Assembly: GCF_030144855.1 (NCBI RefSeq)
Contig: NC_082722.1
Span: 1,612,001-1,676,000 of the forward strand
Direction of reading: 5' to 3'
Source: Hypanus sabinus
Lineage: Eukaryota
DNA length: 64,000 nt
The notes below the pieces were generated by a model. The model was given only the letters and a program-made list of their open reading frames with translations. It made no database searches and was not told the DNA's origin. The first letter of the stretch is position 1. The number at the start of each line of letters is the position of its first letter. A program made the position numbers and the translations under genes. Shown in pieces: positions 1 to 10,857 of this stretch.

Positions 1-734
1 AAAATGTTTCGTGGTTGAGTAGTTCTATTTTCAGTTCAATTCACCCCTTTACAGAATTGCAACAGAACCCTTCCTCCAAGACCCCTGTTTCTGAGAGATG
101 ACAGATTCAATTCTGATTCTGCTCCCTTCTACACTTGGATTCATGATTAATTTTTATGGCTATTCTTCACCTTCTCAATATTTTCTGCAACCATAGGCCG
201 TGCCAGAAAATATTGATCCAAAATTTGATGAAATTCGTAGGTAGAATTCATCTATTGGAATAGACAGAATAACAGCTATTCACCTACCAGTCGGTCCAAA
301 GGAACCGTTTCTACACTGTAGTGCTCTATAAATTTATGACACAATTAATTAATTCCAAGATCCTATCTCATCTCTCTCAGCGGAAATCCGGTACACCCTG
401 CACTGAAGGAGATGCATTGTCTGATGGTATTGAAGCTGCCTAACTTGAATAACCCCTGATCTGTTTCATCCTTACACTCAGATGTTCCCTCTGGGGCTGA
501 TGATCAGACAAACAATTATTAAAATGTAAACCCTGATTCTGGGTTTCCGTAGAACACAGTGGTCCTTGCCCCACATTATGAAACTGGTACTCAATACGTT
601 TATGGTACCACTTGTTCCACTTTTACAAATCAAGCCAGAAACGTGGCTTTGTATTGGCATTACAGCCTAGTTAGACCACGTATACTGCAATTGGAACTCC
701 TCTACCTATGTTGCTATTGGAAGGCATCTGTAAG

Positions 735-3320
735 TATGATAGAGAGCAGCTATAGGCAATTAGTCACACTGGGGCCTCAGCAGACAGATAAGTGGGTTAC
801 AGTCAGGAGAGAGAAGGGCAAGAGTCAGGAAGTAGATAGTCCCCCTGTGGCTGTCCTCCTTAGCAATAGGTACTCCTGTTTGAGTGCTTTGGGGGGGGGG
901 TGGAGGTGGTTTGGGAGACACCCTACCTGAAGGAAGCAACTGTGGGCATACCTCTGGCACAGAGTATGGCCCTGTGGCTCAGAAGGGCAGGGAGAAGAAG
1001 ACAATGGCAACAGTGACAGGGTCTTTACAGTTAGGGGGTTAGACAGGCTATTCTGTGGAGGCAGGAAAGAAACACGGATGGTAGTTTGCCTCCCAGGTGC
1101 TGGGGTCCGGGATTTTCTGATCGCGTCCACGATATCCTGAAGTGCAAAGGAGAACAGCCAGAGGATATGGTACATAATCGTACCAAGAACATAGTTAGGA
1201 AAAGGAAGGAGGTCCTGAAAACAGACTACAGGGTTTAGGAATGAAGATGAGAAGAAGGATCTCAAAGGTAGTAATCTGGGATTTCTGCCTGTGCCATGCG
1301 ACAGTGAATATAGGAAAAGAATCAAGTGGAGGGTAAATGCGTGGCTGAGGGATTGGTGCAGGGGTTCAGATTTCTGGATCATTGAGACCTCTTTTGGGGA
1401 AGGTGTGACCTGTACAGAAAGGGTAGGTTGCCCTTGAATCCAAGGGGTACCAATATCCCAGCGGAGAAGTTTGCTACAGCTATTGGGGAGAGTTTAAACT
1501 AGAATTGCTGGGGTGTGGGAACCGAACTGAAGAGACTGGGGAAGAGGTGGTTGGCTCACAAATAAAGAAAGCTTGGAGACTGGTCGAGAAGGAGGATAGG
1601 CAGGCGATATATAAAGGATGCACTCAGATCAATGGTTTGAGATGTGTCTATTTTAATGCAAGGCGTATTATGAGCAAAAAGATGTGTTTAGCGCGTGGAT
1701 TAGTACTAGGAAGTATGATGTTCTGGCAATTACAGAGACTTGGATGGCTCAGGGGCAGGAATGGTTACTTCGAGTGCCAGGCTTTAGGTGTTTTAAAAAG
1801 AGGTGAAGGCATGGCACTGCTGATCAGAGATAGTGTCATGGCTACAGAAAAGGTGAATGTCATGGAGGGATTGTCTACTGAGTCTCTGTGGGTGGACGTT
1901 AGGAACAGGAAGGGGTCAATAACTCCACTAGTTGTTTTTTATAGACCACCCGATAGTAACATGGATATCGAGGAGTAGATAGGGAGACAGATTCCGAGAC
2001 AGATTCTAATAATAACAGAGTTGTTGTGGTGGGAGATTTTAATTTCCCAAATATTGATTGACATCTCCCTAGAGCAAGGGGTTTAGATGGGGTTGAGCTT
2101 GTTAGGTGTGTTCAGAAAGGTTCCTTGACACAATATGAAGATAAGCCTACAGGAGGAGAGGCTGTACTTGATCTGGTAGTGGGAAATGGACCTAGTCAGG
2201 TGTCAGATCTCTCAATAGCAGAGCATTTTGGATATAGTGATCACAATTTTCTCTCCTTTACCATAGCGTTGGAGAAGGATAGGAACAGACAAGTTAGGAA
2301 AGTGTTTAATTGGAGTAAAGGGAAATACGAGGCTATCAACCAGGCACTTGGAGGCATAAAGTGTGATGAGATGTTCTCAGGGAAATGTCCAGCAGAAATG
2401 TGGCAAATATTGAGTGGATATTTGCGTGGAGTTTGTACAGGTATGTCCCAATGAGACAGGGAATGGATGGTAGGGTACAGGAACCATGGTGTAAAGAGGT
2501 TGTTGAAAATCTAGTCAAGAAGATAGAAGAGCTTATGAAAGATTCAAAAACCTAGGTGATGATAGTGATCTAGAAGATTATAAGGCTGGCAGGAAGTAGC
2601 TGAAGAATGAAATTTGGAGAGCCAGAAGGGGCCATGAGAAGGCCTTGGCGAGTAAGGTCAAGGAAAACTTCAAGGAATTCTACAAGCATGTGAAGAGCAA
2701 GTGGATAAGATGTGAAAGAATAGAACCAAACAAGTTTGACAGTGGAAATGTGTAAATGGAACTGGAGGAGATAGGAGAGGTACTTAGTGAACACATTGCT
2801 TTAGTATTCACTACGAAAAAAGGATATTTGCGATTGTAGGGATGACTCACAGTGGACTGAAAAGCTCGAGCATGTAGATATTAAGAAAGAGGATGAGATG
2901 GAGCATTTGGAAAGCATCAAGTCAGGTTAAGTCAGTGGGACCGGACGAGATATACCCCAGGCTAGTATGGGAGGCGTGGGAGGAGATTGCTGAGCATCTG
3001 TCAGTTATAAATTATAGACCAGTCAGTCTTACTTCAGTGGTTGGCAAGATGATGGAGAAGATCCTGAGAGTCAGGATTTATGAACATTTGGAGAGGCATA
3101 ATATGATTAGGAACAGTCAGCATGGAAACGTCAAAGGCAAATTGTGCCTTACGAAACTAAATGAATTATTTGAGGATGTGACTGAACATGGTGATGAAGG
3201 TAGAGCAGATGAAGGATGAAGGTCAGACCCAGCTTGGTGTACTGTGCTCAGTACTGGTCGCCACACTACATGAAGGATGTAGAAAGTATAGAAATGTTGC
3301 AGAGGAGATTTACAAGGATT
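735..3320 (+). mobile_element. CR1-type LINE, degenerate: ORF1 esterase region, endonuclease, start of RT, then a jump to C-terminal sequence
   Basis: ORF fragments DKWVTVRREKGKS, ESLWVDVRNRKGSITPLVVFYRPP, SDHN, NYRPVSLTSVVGKMMEKIL; many stops and frameshifts. Confidence 0.9.
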
Positions 3321-4105
3321 CAATTTTTTGAGAATGTGACTAAATACTTTGATGAGTGTAGAGCAGTAGATATAGTGTATATGGATTTCAGAAAGGCATT
3401 TGATAAGGTATCCCATACAAGGCTTATTGAGAAAGTAAGGTGGCATGGGATCCAAGAGGACTTTGCTTTGTGGATCCAGAATTGGCTTGCCCACAGAAGG
3501 GAAAGAATGGTTACAGATGGCTCATATTCTGCATGGAGGTCAGTGCCTCAGGGATCTCATTGGGACCATTACTCTTCGTGATTTTTATAAATGACCTGGA
3601 TGAGGAAGTGGAAGGATGTGTTAATAAATTTGCTGATGCCTCAAAGGTTGGAGGTGTTGTGGATAGTGTGGAGGGCTGTCAGAGGTTAGAGCAGGACATC
3701 AATAGGAATCAAAACTGGGCTGAGAAGTGGCAGATGGAGTTTCACCCAGAAAAGTGTGAGGTGGTTCATTTTTGGTAGGTCAAACATGACGGCAGCACAT
3801 AGTATTAATGGCAAAACTCTTGGCAGTGTGGAGGATCAGAGAGATATGGAGTCTGAGTCCATAGGACACTCAAAGTTGCTGCACAGGCGGTCTCTGTGGT
3901 TAAGAATGCGTATGGTGTATTGGCCTTCATCAATTGTGGAATTGAATTTAGGAGCTGAGAGGTAATGTTGCTGCTATATAGAACCCTGGTCAGACTCCAC
4001 TTGGAGTACTGTGCTCAGTTCTGGTCACCGCAATACAGGAGGGACGTGGAAACCATAGAAAGGGTGTAGAAGAGATTTACAAGGATGTTGCCTGGATTGG
4101 GGAGT
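3321..4105 (+). mobile_element. Second CR1 fragment (RT core to C-terminus) fused to the preceding copy
   Basis: VDIVYMDFRKAFDKVSH, LGPLLFVIFINDLD, KFADASKVGG; its start repeats RT sequence already seen at ~3160-3210. Confidence 0.85.
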
Positions 4106-4109
4106 CTTA

Positions 4110-4860
4110 GAAACAAATAAAAACATAAAAAACCTACAGCACAGTACAAGCCCTACCTCTGAAATTACTAGGGTTACCAAGAGCCCTCTATTTTACTAAG
4201 CTCCGTGTACCTATCCGAAAGACTCTTAAAAGATCCTATAGTATACAGCTCCACCACCGTTGCTGGCAGCCCTTTCCATGCACTCACCACTCTCTGAGTA
4301 AAAAACTTACCCCTGTCATCTCCTCTGTACCTACACCCCAGCACCTTAAACCTGTGTCCTCTTGTGGCAACCGTTTTAGCCCTGGGAAAAAGCCTTTGAC
4401 TATCCACACGATCAATGCCTCTTATACAACACTATCAAGTCATCTCTCATCTTCCGTCACTCCAAGGAGAAAAGGCCGAGTTCACTCAACTTATTCTCAT
4501 AAGGCATGCTCCCCAATCCTGCCAACATCGTTGAAAATCTCCTCTGCATCCTGTCTATGACTTCCACATCCTTCCTGTAGTGAGGCGACCAGAACTGAAC
4601 ACAGTACTCCAAGTGGGGTCTGACCACGGTCCTATATAGCTACAACATTAGCTCTCGGCCCCTAAATTCAGTTCCACGATTGATGAAGGCCAATATACCA
4701 TATGCCTTCTTCACCACAAAGTCAACCTGCGCAGCTGCTTTGAGCGTTCTATGGATTTGGACCCCAAGATCCCTCTGATCCGCCACACTGCCAAGAACCT
4801 TACCATGAATATTATATTCTGCCATCATATTTGACCTAGCAAAATGAACCACTGACACCT
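4110..4860 (-). mobile_element. CR1 LINE 3' fragment
   Basis: VVKKAYGILAFINRG and RGHRFKVLG...KFFTQRVV on the minus strand; CR1-type tail. Confidence 0.9.
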
Positions 4861-4861
4861 A

Positions 4862-5478
4862 CTTTCTGTCTGCCAGAGAAAGCAGGATCTCCCAGCGGCC
4901 ACACATTGTAATTCACATCCCATTCCTATTCCCATTCCGATATGTCAATCCATCACCGCCTCTACTGTCAAGATGAAGCCACACTCAGGATGGAGGAACA
5001 ACATCTTATATTCCGTCTGCGTAGCCTCCAACCTGATGGCATGAACATTGATTTCTCTAACTTCCATTAATGCCCCTCCTCGCCTTCTTACTCCAACACT
5101 TATCTATCTATCGATTTATTTATTTATTACTTTCCCCCTTTTTTCTCTCTTTGTCCTTCTCACGATCACTCCTTGCCTGCACTCCATCTTCCTCTGGTGC
5201 TCCCCTCCCCCTTTCTTTCTCCCTAGGCTCCCGTCCCATTATCCTCTCCCTTCTCCAGCTGTGTATCCCTTTTGCCAATCAACTTTCCAGCTCTTAGCTT
5301 TATTGCTTCCCCTCCTGACTTCTCCTATCACTTCTGATCTCCCCCTCCCACTTTGAAATCTCTTCCTATCTCTTCTTTCAGTTGGTCCTGATGAAGGGTC
5401 TCGGACCGAAACGTCGACTGTACTTCTTCCTACAGATGCTGCCTGGCTTGCTGCGTTCCATCATCATTTTCTGTGTGT
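4862..5478 (+). mobile_element. Penelope-like element (PLE) 3' fragment: GIY-YIG tail plus pseudo-LTR
   Basis: Reads ...EEQHLIFRLRSLQPDGMNIDFSNF, then a pyrimidine tract and CTGATGAAGGG...GAAACGTC; same end sequence recurs at 17.8, 30-31, 39.6, 52.4 and 54.6 kb. Confidence 0.9.
5384..5419 (+). ncRNA. Minimal type I hammerhead ribozyme motif in the PLE end
   Basis: ggtc-CTGATGA-ag-ggtc-tcg-gacc-GAAAC-GTC-gact: intact core boxes, 4-bp stem II, stem I ggtc/gact with one G-U, palindromic AC/GT stem III. Minimal hammerheads are an established feature of PLEs. Confidence 0.7.
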
Positions 5479-7436
5479 CACCTCACACTTATCTGGGTTG
5501 AACTCCATCTGCCACTTCCCAGCCCAGTTTTGCAACCTGTCAATGTCGGCTGTACCCTCTGACGGCCCTCCACACTGTCCACAACACCCCCAACCTTTGT
5601 GTAATTGGCAAATTTACTAACCCATCCCTCGACTTCCTCATCCAGGTCCTTTACAAAAATCACAAAGGGTCCCAGAACAGATCCCTGAGGCACCCCACTG
5701 GTGACCGACCTCTATACTGAATATGACCCGTTTACAACCATACTTTGTCTTCTGCATGCAAGCCAGATCTGGATCCACAAAGCAATGTACCCTGGGATCT
5801 CATGCCCCCTTACTTTCTCAATCAGCCTTGCATGGGGTACCTTATCAAATGCGTTGCTGAAATCCACATACACCAGATCTGCTGCTCTTGTTTCATCAAT
5901 GTGTTTATTCACAACCTCAAAAAATTCAATCAGGTTCATAAGGTATGACCTGCCCTTGCTGTCTATTCCTAATCATATTATACCTCTCCAAATGTTCATA
6001 AATCCTGCCTCTCAGGACTTTCTCCATCAACTTACCAACCACTAAGGTAAGACCTACTGGTCTATAATTTCCTGGGCTCTCTCTACTCTCTTTCTTGAGT
6101 AAAGGAACAACATCTGCAAATCTCCAATCCTCCGGAACCTCTCCCGTTCCCATTGAGAATACAAAGATCATCGCCAGAGGCTCAGCAATCTCCTCTCTTG
6201 CCTCCCACAGTAGCCTGGGGTACATCTCATCTGGTCAAGTCGACTTATCCAACTTGATGCTTTCCAAAAGCTCCAGCACATCCTCTTTCTTAACATCTAC
6301 ATGCTCAAGATTTTCAGTCTGCTGCAAGTCATCACTACAATCACCAAGATCCTTTTCCATAGTGAATACTGAAGTAAAGTGTTTAATAAGCACGTCTGCT
6401 ATTTCCTCCGGTTCCATACACACATTCCCACTGTCACATTTGATAGGTCCTATTCTTTCACATCTAATCCTTTTGCTCTTCACATACGTATATAATGCCT
6501 TGGGGTTTTCCTTAATCCTAACCCCCAAGGTCTTCTCATGGCCTTTCTGGCTCTCCTACTTTCCCTCTTAAGCTCCTTCCTATTAGCCTTATAATCTTCT
6601 AGATCTCTAACATTACCTAGCTCTCTGAACCTTTTGTAAGTTTTTTTCTTTTCTAGATTTATTACAGCCTTCGTACATTACGGTTCCTGTACGCTACCAT
6701 AACTTCCCTGTCTGATTGGAACGTACCTATGCAAAACTCCACACAAATATCCCCTGAACATTTACCAGATTTCTTTCGTACTTTTCCCTGAGAACATTTA
6801 TTTCCAATTTAAGTTTCCAATTTCCTGCCTGATAACCTCATAATTCCCTTTACTCCAAATAAACACTTTTCTAACTTGTGTGTTACTATCTCCCTCCAAT
6901 GCTACTGTAAAGGAGATACAATGATGCTCACTATCTCCAAAATGCTCTCACACTGAGAGATCTGACACTTGACTGGGTTTATTTCCAATACTAAATCAAG
7001 TCCAGTCTCTCCTCTTGTAGGCCTATCTATATATTGTGTCAAGAAACCCTCCTGAATGCACCTAACAAACTCCACTCCATCTAAACCCTTTGCTCTAAGG
7101 AGATACCAGACAATATTTGGGATATGAAAATCTCCCATCACAACAACACTGTTATTATTACACCTTTAAGTGATCTATTTCCCTATCTGCTTTTCGATAT
7201 CCCTGTTGCCTTTGGGCGGACTATAAAAACACCCAGTAAATTATTGACCCCTTCCTGTTCCTAATCTCCACCCACAGAGAATCCGTAGACAATCCCTCCA
7301 TGGCGCCCACTTTTGATCAACAGTGCCACACCCCCACCTCTTTTGCCTCCCTCCCTGTCCTTTCTGAAACACCTAAAACCCGGCACTTGAACTAACCATT
7401 CCAGTCCCTGAGCCATTCAAGTTTCTGTATTGGCCA
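5479..7436 (-). mobile_element. CR1 LINE, 3' part of a copy split by the BEL/Pao insertion
   Basis: MPQGSVLGPF, VYVDFSNAFDKVPH, NYRPVGLTLVVGK, GDFHIPNI; sequence resumes at 21255. Confidence 0.9.
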
Positions 7437-8116
7437 TATAGTGTTCTCGTGCAGTGTGTAGAAACTCTGAACTAAACGCCAAGTTAAACCGTAGCCAATG
7501 AGGAGCGGATAGCAGTAAGATTAACCATTTACTGTTCACTTTTCCACATTAAAGTATGGTGAAAACTGTTGATAAAGCAATCCAAAATATATAGTATTAG
7601 TTTCCTTATTGGCATCACATTTGCATCATAAATACCTGTAAAAGTAAAACTAAAACAAATGATATTACATTAAATACAACATACAGCCAGAATCTACCTA
7701 CGCCATCAACAGCTTTAAATGCACTTCAACACAAACTTTCCAGCAACGCTTTCAATAGCACAAGAAAAGAAACCTCATCAACCAGCATTTCTTTTAACAG
7801 ATTCAGCATTAACATTTTTATTTCAATATATCAACTGTCATATGAACTTATTGCGTTGCTTCTATGATGTTTCTTAGTGCGTAGAAATGAAACTTTTCTC
7901 ACGTTGATCCTGCACATACAATCCCCCGCCTTCCTGTTTGTCCAAACTGGTATTTACCTACAAGATGCGGCAAAACCGGGTGTGACTTCATCACATGCCG
8001 TGAAATATCACTGATTATGAATTTACCTTCAACAGCTGCAACGTAGTTATCAAGCTTTAAATTTAACTGGAAAATAGTTACAAATGAATTACTAAAGCAA
8101 AAATGTAATAAAGCTC
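7437..8116 (-). repeat. BEL/Pao 3' LTR (main part; its first ~20 bp lie at ~10860-10882 beyond the CR1 insertion)
   Basis: Colinear with 20542-21225, roughly 90% identical by eye over the first 150 bp. Confidence 0.9.
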
Positions 8117-10857
8117 CAGGGTTCCGATGTTTCAGACGTGATAGAGGCAGAGGGATGAAGGGTGGGGGTGGGGGGGGGGTGCTGGCTTTGCTAGTCAGGG
8201 AAAATATTACAGCAGTGCTTCAGCAGGACAGATTAGAGGGCTAGTCTACTGAGGCCATATGGGTGGAGCTGAGAAACAGGAAAGGTATGACCACATTAAT
8301 AGGGTTGTATTATAGACCAATAGTCAGCGAGAATTGGAGGAACAAATCTGCAGAGAGATAACAAAACAGCTGACAGAAAGTTGTGATTGCAGGGGATTTT
8401 AATTTTCCACACATTGATTGGGACTCCCATACTGTTAAAGGTCTAGATAGGTTAGAGTTTGTAAAATATGTTCAGGAAAGTTTTCTTATATATGGAGGTA
8501 CCAACTAGGGAGGTTGCAATATTAGATCTCCTATTAGGAAATGAGTTAGGGCAGGTGACGGAAGTGTGTGTAGGGGAACACTTTGGTTCCAGTGACCATA
8601 ACACCATTAGTTTCAACTTGATCATGGATAAAGGTAGATCTGGTCCTCGGGTTGAAGTTCGAAACTGGAAAAAGGCCAAATTTGAAGAAATGAGAAAGGA
8701 TCTAAAAAGTGTACATTGGGACAGGTTGTTCTCTGGCTAGGATGTGATTGGTAAGTGTGAGGCCTTCAAAAGAGAAATTTTGCAAGTGCAGAGGTTTGGA
8801 TGTTCCGGTCAGGGTTAAAGGCAAAGTGAATAAGAATAAGGAGCCTTGGTCTCGAGGGATATTGGAACTCTGATAAAGAAGAAGAGAGAGATGTATAATG
8901 TGTATAGGCAATAGGGAGGAAAAAAGCTGCTTGAGGAGCATAATAAGAGTAAGAAAATACTTAAGAAAGAAATCAGGAGGGCTAAAAGAAGGCATGAGGT
9001 TGCTTTGGCAGTCAAGGTGAAGGATAATCTAAAAGCTTCTACGGGTATTTTAAGAGCAAAAGGATAGTAGGGGTAAAATTGGTCCTCTTGAAGATCAGAA
9101 TGGTCGGCTGTGTATGGAACCAAAAGAAATGGGGGAGGTCTTAAATTTTTTTTTGTGTCTGTATTTACTAAGGAAACTGGCATGGAGTCAATGGAAATAA
9201 GGCAAACAGGTAGTGAGGTCATGGAACCTATACAGATCGAAGAGGAGGGGGTGCTTGCTATCTTGAGGCAAATCAGAGTAGATAAATCCCCAGGACCTGA
9301 CAGGGTATTCCCTCGGACCTTGAAGGAGACCAGTTTTGAAATTGCAGGGGCCCTGGCAGAAATATTTAAAGTGTGGATATCCACAGGTCAGGTCCCGCAG
9401 GATTGGAGGATAGCTCATGTAGTTCCGTTGTTGAAAACAGGCTCAAAAAGTAAGCCGGGAAATTATAGGCCGGTAAGTTTGACATGGATAGTAGGTAAAT
9501 TATTGGAAGGAATACTAAGAGATAGGATCTATAAGTATTCAGATAGACAGGGACTTATTAGAAAAAGTCAGCATGGCTTTGTGCGTGGCAGGTCATGTTT
9601 AACCAATCTATTAGAGTTTTTCGAGGAAGTTACCAGGGAAGTGGATGAAGGGAAGGCAGTGGATGTTGTATACATGGACTTCAGTAAGGCCTTTGACAAG
9701 GTCCCGTATGGGACATTAGTTAGGAAGGTTCAGTCGTTAGGTATACATGGTGAGGTAGTAAATTGGATTAGACATTGGCTCGATGGGAGAAGTCAGAGAG
9801 TGGTAATGGATGATTGCTTCTCTGAGCGGAGGCTTGTGACTAGTGGTGTGCCACAGGGATCAGTGCTGGGTCCATTGTTATTTGTCATCTATATCAATGA
9901 TCTGGATGATAATGTGGCAAAATGGATCAGCAGATTTGCTGATGAAACAAATATTGGTGGTGTAGTGGACAGTGAGGAAGGTTTTCAAAGATTGCAGAGG
10001 GATTTGGACCATTTGGAGGAATGGACAGACAATTGGCAGACAGATTTTAATGCGGTCAAGTGTGAGGTATTACACTTTGGAAGGTCAAACTAAGGTAGAA
10101 CATACAAGGTAAATGGTAGGACACTGAGGAGTGCAGTAGAACAGAGGGATCTGGGAGTACAGATACATAATTCCCTAAAAGTGGCTTCACAGGTAGATAG
10201 GGTTGTAAAGAAAGCTTTTGGTACATTGGCCTTTATAAATCAAAGTATTGAGTATAAGAGTTGGAATATTATGGTGAGGTTGTATAAGACATTGGTGAGA
10301 CCGAATTTGGAGTATTGTGTGCAGTTTTGGTCACCAAGTTACAGGAAGGATATTAATAAGGTTGAAAGAATGCAGAGAAGTTTTACAAGGATGTTGCTGG
10401 GACTTGAGAAACTGAGTTACAGAGAAAGGTTGAATAGGTTAGGACTTTATTCCCTGGAGCGTAGGAGAATGAGGAGTGATTTGATAGAGGTGTATAAAAT
10501 TATGATGGGTGTAGATACAATGAATGCAAGCAGGCTTTTTCCATTGAGGCCAGAGGAGAATACAACCAGATGTCATGGGTTAAGGGTGAAGGGGGAAAAG
10601 TTTAAAGGGGACATGGGGGGGAGGTTCTTCACCCAGAGAGTGGTGCGTGTGTGGAATGAGCTGCCAGATGAAGTGGTGAATGCGGGCTTACTTTTGACAT
10701 TTAAGAAAAACTTTGACAGGTATATGGATGAGAGACGTTTGGAGGGATATGGCCCAAGTGCATGTCAGTGGGACTAGGCAGGAAAATGGTTCGGTACAGC
10801 CAAGAAGGGCCTAAAGGACTGGTTCTGTGCTGTAATGTTCTGTGGTTCTATGGTTCT
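8117..10857 (+). mobile_element. 5'-truncated, relatively well preserved CR1 LINE inserted in the BEL 3' LTR
   Basis: 327-aa RT ORF 9110-10093 (YMDFSKAFDKV, GVPQGSVLGP, RFADET), C-terminal ORF 10181-10777, tail tgtggttctatggttct; LTR sequence continues on both sides. Confidence 0.95.

Noticed and set aside
555-561. CACAGTG heptamers (555-561, 37301-37307) and CACAGGG near 35217 and 36784 as V(D)J recombination signals
   Set aside because: No ACAAAAACC-like nonamer at 12- or 23-bp spacing, and none abuts a V or J coding end.
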